A stretch of 64,000 bases of DNA, from assembly GCA_951406725.2 (NCBI GenBank), contig OX597829.1, positions 38,254,001 through 38,318,000 on the forward strand. Reading direction: 5' to 3'. This document shows positions 60,893 to 64,000 of the stretch, piece after piece; positions within the stretch are counted from its first letter, which is position 1, and the number at the start of each line of letters is the position of its first letter. The notes below the pieces were generated by a model, which saw nothing but the letters and a program-made list of their open reading frames with translations, had not been told where the DNA came from and ran no database searches. The stretch is from Octopus vulgaris. Taxonomy: Eukaryota. Position numbers and translations under genes: made by a program.

Positions 60893-61040
60893 TTTCCCTC
60901 TACCAAATCCACTCACAAGGCATTGGTCGGCCCGGGGCTATAGCAGAAGACACTTGTCCAAGATGCCACGCAGTGGGACTGAACCCGGAACCATGTGGTT
61001 GGTTAGCAAGCTACTTACCACACAGCCACTCCTGCGCCTA
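60893..61040 (-). mobile_element. SINE family B, 5' part
   Basis: Head and CORE-like segment. Confidence 0.8.
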
Positions 61041-61380
61041 TGGATGTTTATCCATTCTTGCCAGTATGTGAGTAAAGAGGTTGAAAAAAATCACAAAGTA
61101 CTCCGGATTGAAAGTGAAAGTGGCAAGACTGTATGGAATGCGAGAGGGTAATGTAAAAGTGATACCAGTGGCGATCGGAGCATTAGGCTCAATCCCACTG
61201 AAACTTCAAGACCTCTTGAGGCAATTGGAAATCCCATGCAAGGTTGATGTCTTGCATAAAGCAGCCTTATTAGGCACAACGGACATCTTAAGGAAAGTAT
61301 TATCTGTCTGAGGTCCTTGTTGTGATTTGACAGATGACTAACGACTCCGGGGCATTTTTATATACACTGTGTTACGAAGG
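61041..61380 (+). pseudogene. R4/Dong-like 3' fragment followed by (TAA)n
   Basis: KITKYSGLKVKVARLYG..VKVIPVAIGALGSIP..LHKAALLGTTDILRKVLSV*. Confidence 0.82.
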
Positions 61381-61579
61381 AATAATAATAATAATAATAA
61401 TCCTTTCTACAATAGGCACAAGGAGAATTTTGGGGGAAGGGAATAATCGATTATATTGACCCTAGTGTTCAAATGGTACTTATTTTATCGATCCCGAAAA
61501 TAACAAAGGTAAAGCCTACATCGACGGTATTTGAACTCAGAACGTATTTGAAAATAATTTATCTTGTCAAAAACTTCTT

Positions 61580-61613
<34 letters not shown>

Positions 61614-61614
61614 A

Positions 61615-61646
<32 letters not shown>

Positions 61647-61654
61647 AAACACCC

Positions 61655-61692
<38 letters not shown>

Positions 61693-61696
<4 letters not shown>

Positions 61697-62330
61697 GTAA
61701 CAGAAAAGTGCCATTTCGATTATCCACACGCGATGAGTTGTAATGTATATAAGAAATTAAAAAAGGAAAATACGCACACTTACATATTTTAATATAATTT
61801 TTAATATATCGACCGGTTTCGCTATCGCTATTCATGATATTATGTTTTACTTATTTGAATATATATTTTTTCTTAAGAAATTTGTTCCATGTTGTGTGTG
61901 ATGAAATTCACGAGTGAATGACTTCATAAGTAGATAAATAAAGGGAGGTAATTGGTTGTCGTTATTATTGTTATTGTTGTGGGTAAGGAAGATACCTGTT
62001 CAGCTTTCGGTAATGGATAGGGATTATATATGTGTACAGACAGAGACAAGTTTCAAAAACCTTGTTTAGTAGGGGATTTATGTACAGTGATGTAATCGTG
62101 AATTGAAATATGTAAAAAGATAAAATTTGGTTATGCGTGCATATTAAGACGTGTTTTGTATTTTTCAATGAAAAAAGTTTCTTTATTTAAACGTTATAGT
62201 TGAGAGATTGCGTCTTTGCACTGGTAGAATGGGAAGACTGTGAAATTTGGTTTGATGTTACCTGCACATTTTTCTATATGTTCACTGAGAGGAATTTGTC
62301 TGTATTGCGGGAATACAGATAAATTTAATT

Positions 62331-62335
<5 letters not shown>
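61693..62335 (-). pseudogene. Penelope-like element 3' end: GIY-YIG C-terminal remnant, 3' UTR and degenerate hammerhead (61806-61840)
   Basis: FPQYRQIPLSEHIEKCAGNIKPNFTVFPFYQC...RLNKETFFIEKYKTRLN resembles PLE endonuclease C-termini (E..FI.KY...LN). Downstream on the same strand is ATATC ATGAATA GC-GATA-GC GAAA CCGG TC GATAT. (TA)n lies on both sides. Confidence 0.65.
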
Positions 62336-62387
<52 letters not shown>

Positions 62388-63061
62388 TATTGTCGATGTC
62401 ACACACACATACACACATATATATATTTTATCTCTTAATTGTTTCAGTCATTAGACTACAGCCATGCTGGGGGTGCTACCCTGAAGAAACGCTGCTGGTA
62501 CTTCAACAGTTCCCGAAGAAAGATAACTAAAGTTGGTCTCAGCAGATTTGAATCCAGAGAACCGGAACGAATAGCTAAATCATTCTATCTGAGGCTATAA
62601 ACAATTCTGCAAATTCACAGACCTTTATTCAATTATCACTTGAGAGAAATGCCTACATACATAGAGCCAGCTTTTTATCCATAGGTAGTCGCACAATTCC
62701 ATCCGTTTAACGTTTCAATCCCCAATCTAGAAGAATCGGGTCTATAGATTATTCGGAAAATAACTAAATTAACCATTGTATATTTGTAATTCTGAAATCT
62801 CATTAACATTCCAGTCTAGATAATGGTTCGCAGTTTTTTCTTCATCAACACATAGTTCTTTACACACATTGAGGAATATTATTTTTCCTAGAATTTCTCT
62901 ATTTGTTAGTTTTTTTTTTGCATTTTCATTCCAAGTTTCTTTAACCTTTTTCTATTTCACACAAATATTGAAAATAATTTATTTTGTCAATAATTTCTTT
63001 TTTACACACACACACATACATACAGAGAGAAAAGAGAGAAGAGAGAGAGAGAGAAACACAC

Positions 63062-63113
<52 letters not shown>

Positions 63114-63499
63114 TGTACATTTAAACACATAATAGGTATCCATCATAAGACTACCTGCACACTAGAGAGGACAGTTAAATTCCAAACCACTATTAGGGAT
63201 AAAATTTCGAAGGGAATGAAAAATGTACATTGTATTTCTATGAATAATATATAGTCTATTGACTAAATTTTTACACGCTAGGCCACTGGTTTGGGGCTTA
63301 TATGCAAATTACGTAGAAACTATCTGCAGCAATGCGGCGCAAATAAAACAAAATTAAAGTTTGAATAATAGGCTGCTGTCTTAGCCTGGTCTGAGTGTGT
63401 AGGGCATTGAATATTATATGTAAAATATCTAAAAAAATCAAAAATAAATCCCGTAACGTTTACTTAATTGTGGGCTATCATTTTGAAGTTAAATATAAG

Positions 63500-64000
63500 G
63501 AGTGATTGTATTATCACTGATAGAATACAGTATTGCAGAGGTATATTCCAAGGGGACAGCCTCTCTGTGGTGTTTTTAAGCTTTCTGTAAACGCCCTGTC
63601 ATTCATGTTAAGGAAGTCTGAAGCATATCTCACTGGTTCACCAGGAAACAGAATTACCAAAATTACACAGTTTCTTTGTGGATGACTTGAAACTATGTAC
63701 CATGAATATGCACGAGATGAAAAGGACCCTTGATCTACGGATGAATGAAAACATATGGATGAAAACATAACTTACAATGGCACATATAACAAAAAACGTA
63801 TCACTAAAGAATATTACAGCTGAATAAAGAAAATATGGACCTCGGAATTCTCTGTATTCTATAAAACAGTGGCTCACAATGTGCTTGCAGTGCCAGTACT
63901 CATATGGGCTACTTGATTGGATGCTTGACAAGACTCGAGCCATTGATGTGAAAAATCAGAAGATACTAACAAACACACATAATTTCCACATAAACAGTGA
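63500..64000 (+). pseudogene. R4/Dong-like reverse transcriptase fragment, running off the window
   Basis: Translates to RGIFQGDSL, ITQFLCG/FVDDLKL (frameshifted) and downstream IN.VAHNVLAVPVL. Confidence 0.75.

Overview
This is AT-rich eukaryotic, repeat-saturated DNA with no host exon I can support. The SINE families and the (TA)n/(TACA)n/(TAA)n density suggest a cephalopod, probably Octopus; this is inference. Nearly all track ORFs are microsatellite translations. The real coding remnants are all transposon-derived: a near-full-length L1/Tx1-type LINE (about 25.75-30.96 kb) inserted in (TATC)n, a complete but frameshifted mariner (57.28-58.57 kb), an older mariner relic, several R4/Dong-like fragments next to (TAA)n, an RTE 3' end, a HERO-like 3' end and a Penelope-like GIY-YIG tail. 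The main hidden signal is about 18 type I hammerhead-ribozyme motifs from about 10 sequence families, read by eye. They lie in short non-coding elements with Penelope pseudo-LTR-like architecture (tandem direct repeats and/or inverted arms), nearly all next to (TA)n. The best case is a 535/536-bp near-perfect tandem array (18.49-20.02 kb) with one intact hammerhead per unit, a candidate retrozyme/circular-RNA producer. Several families carry atypical cores or very large stem II inserts. Ribozyme activity, expression and novelty are untested.
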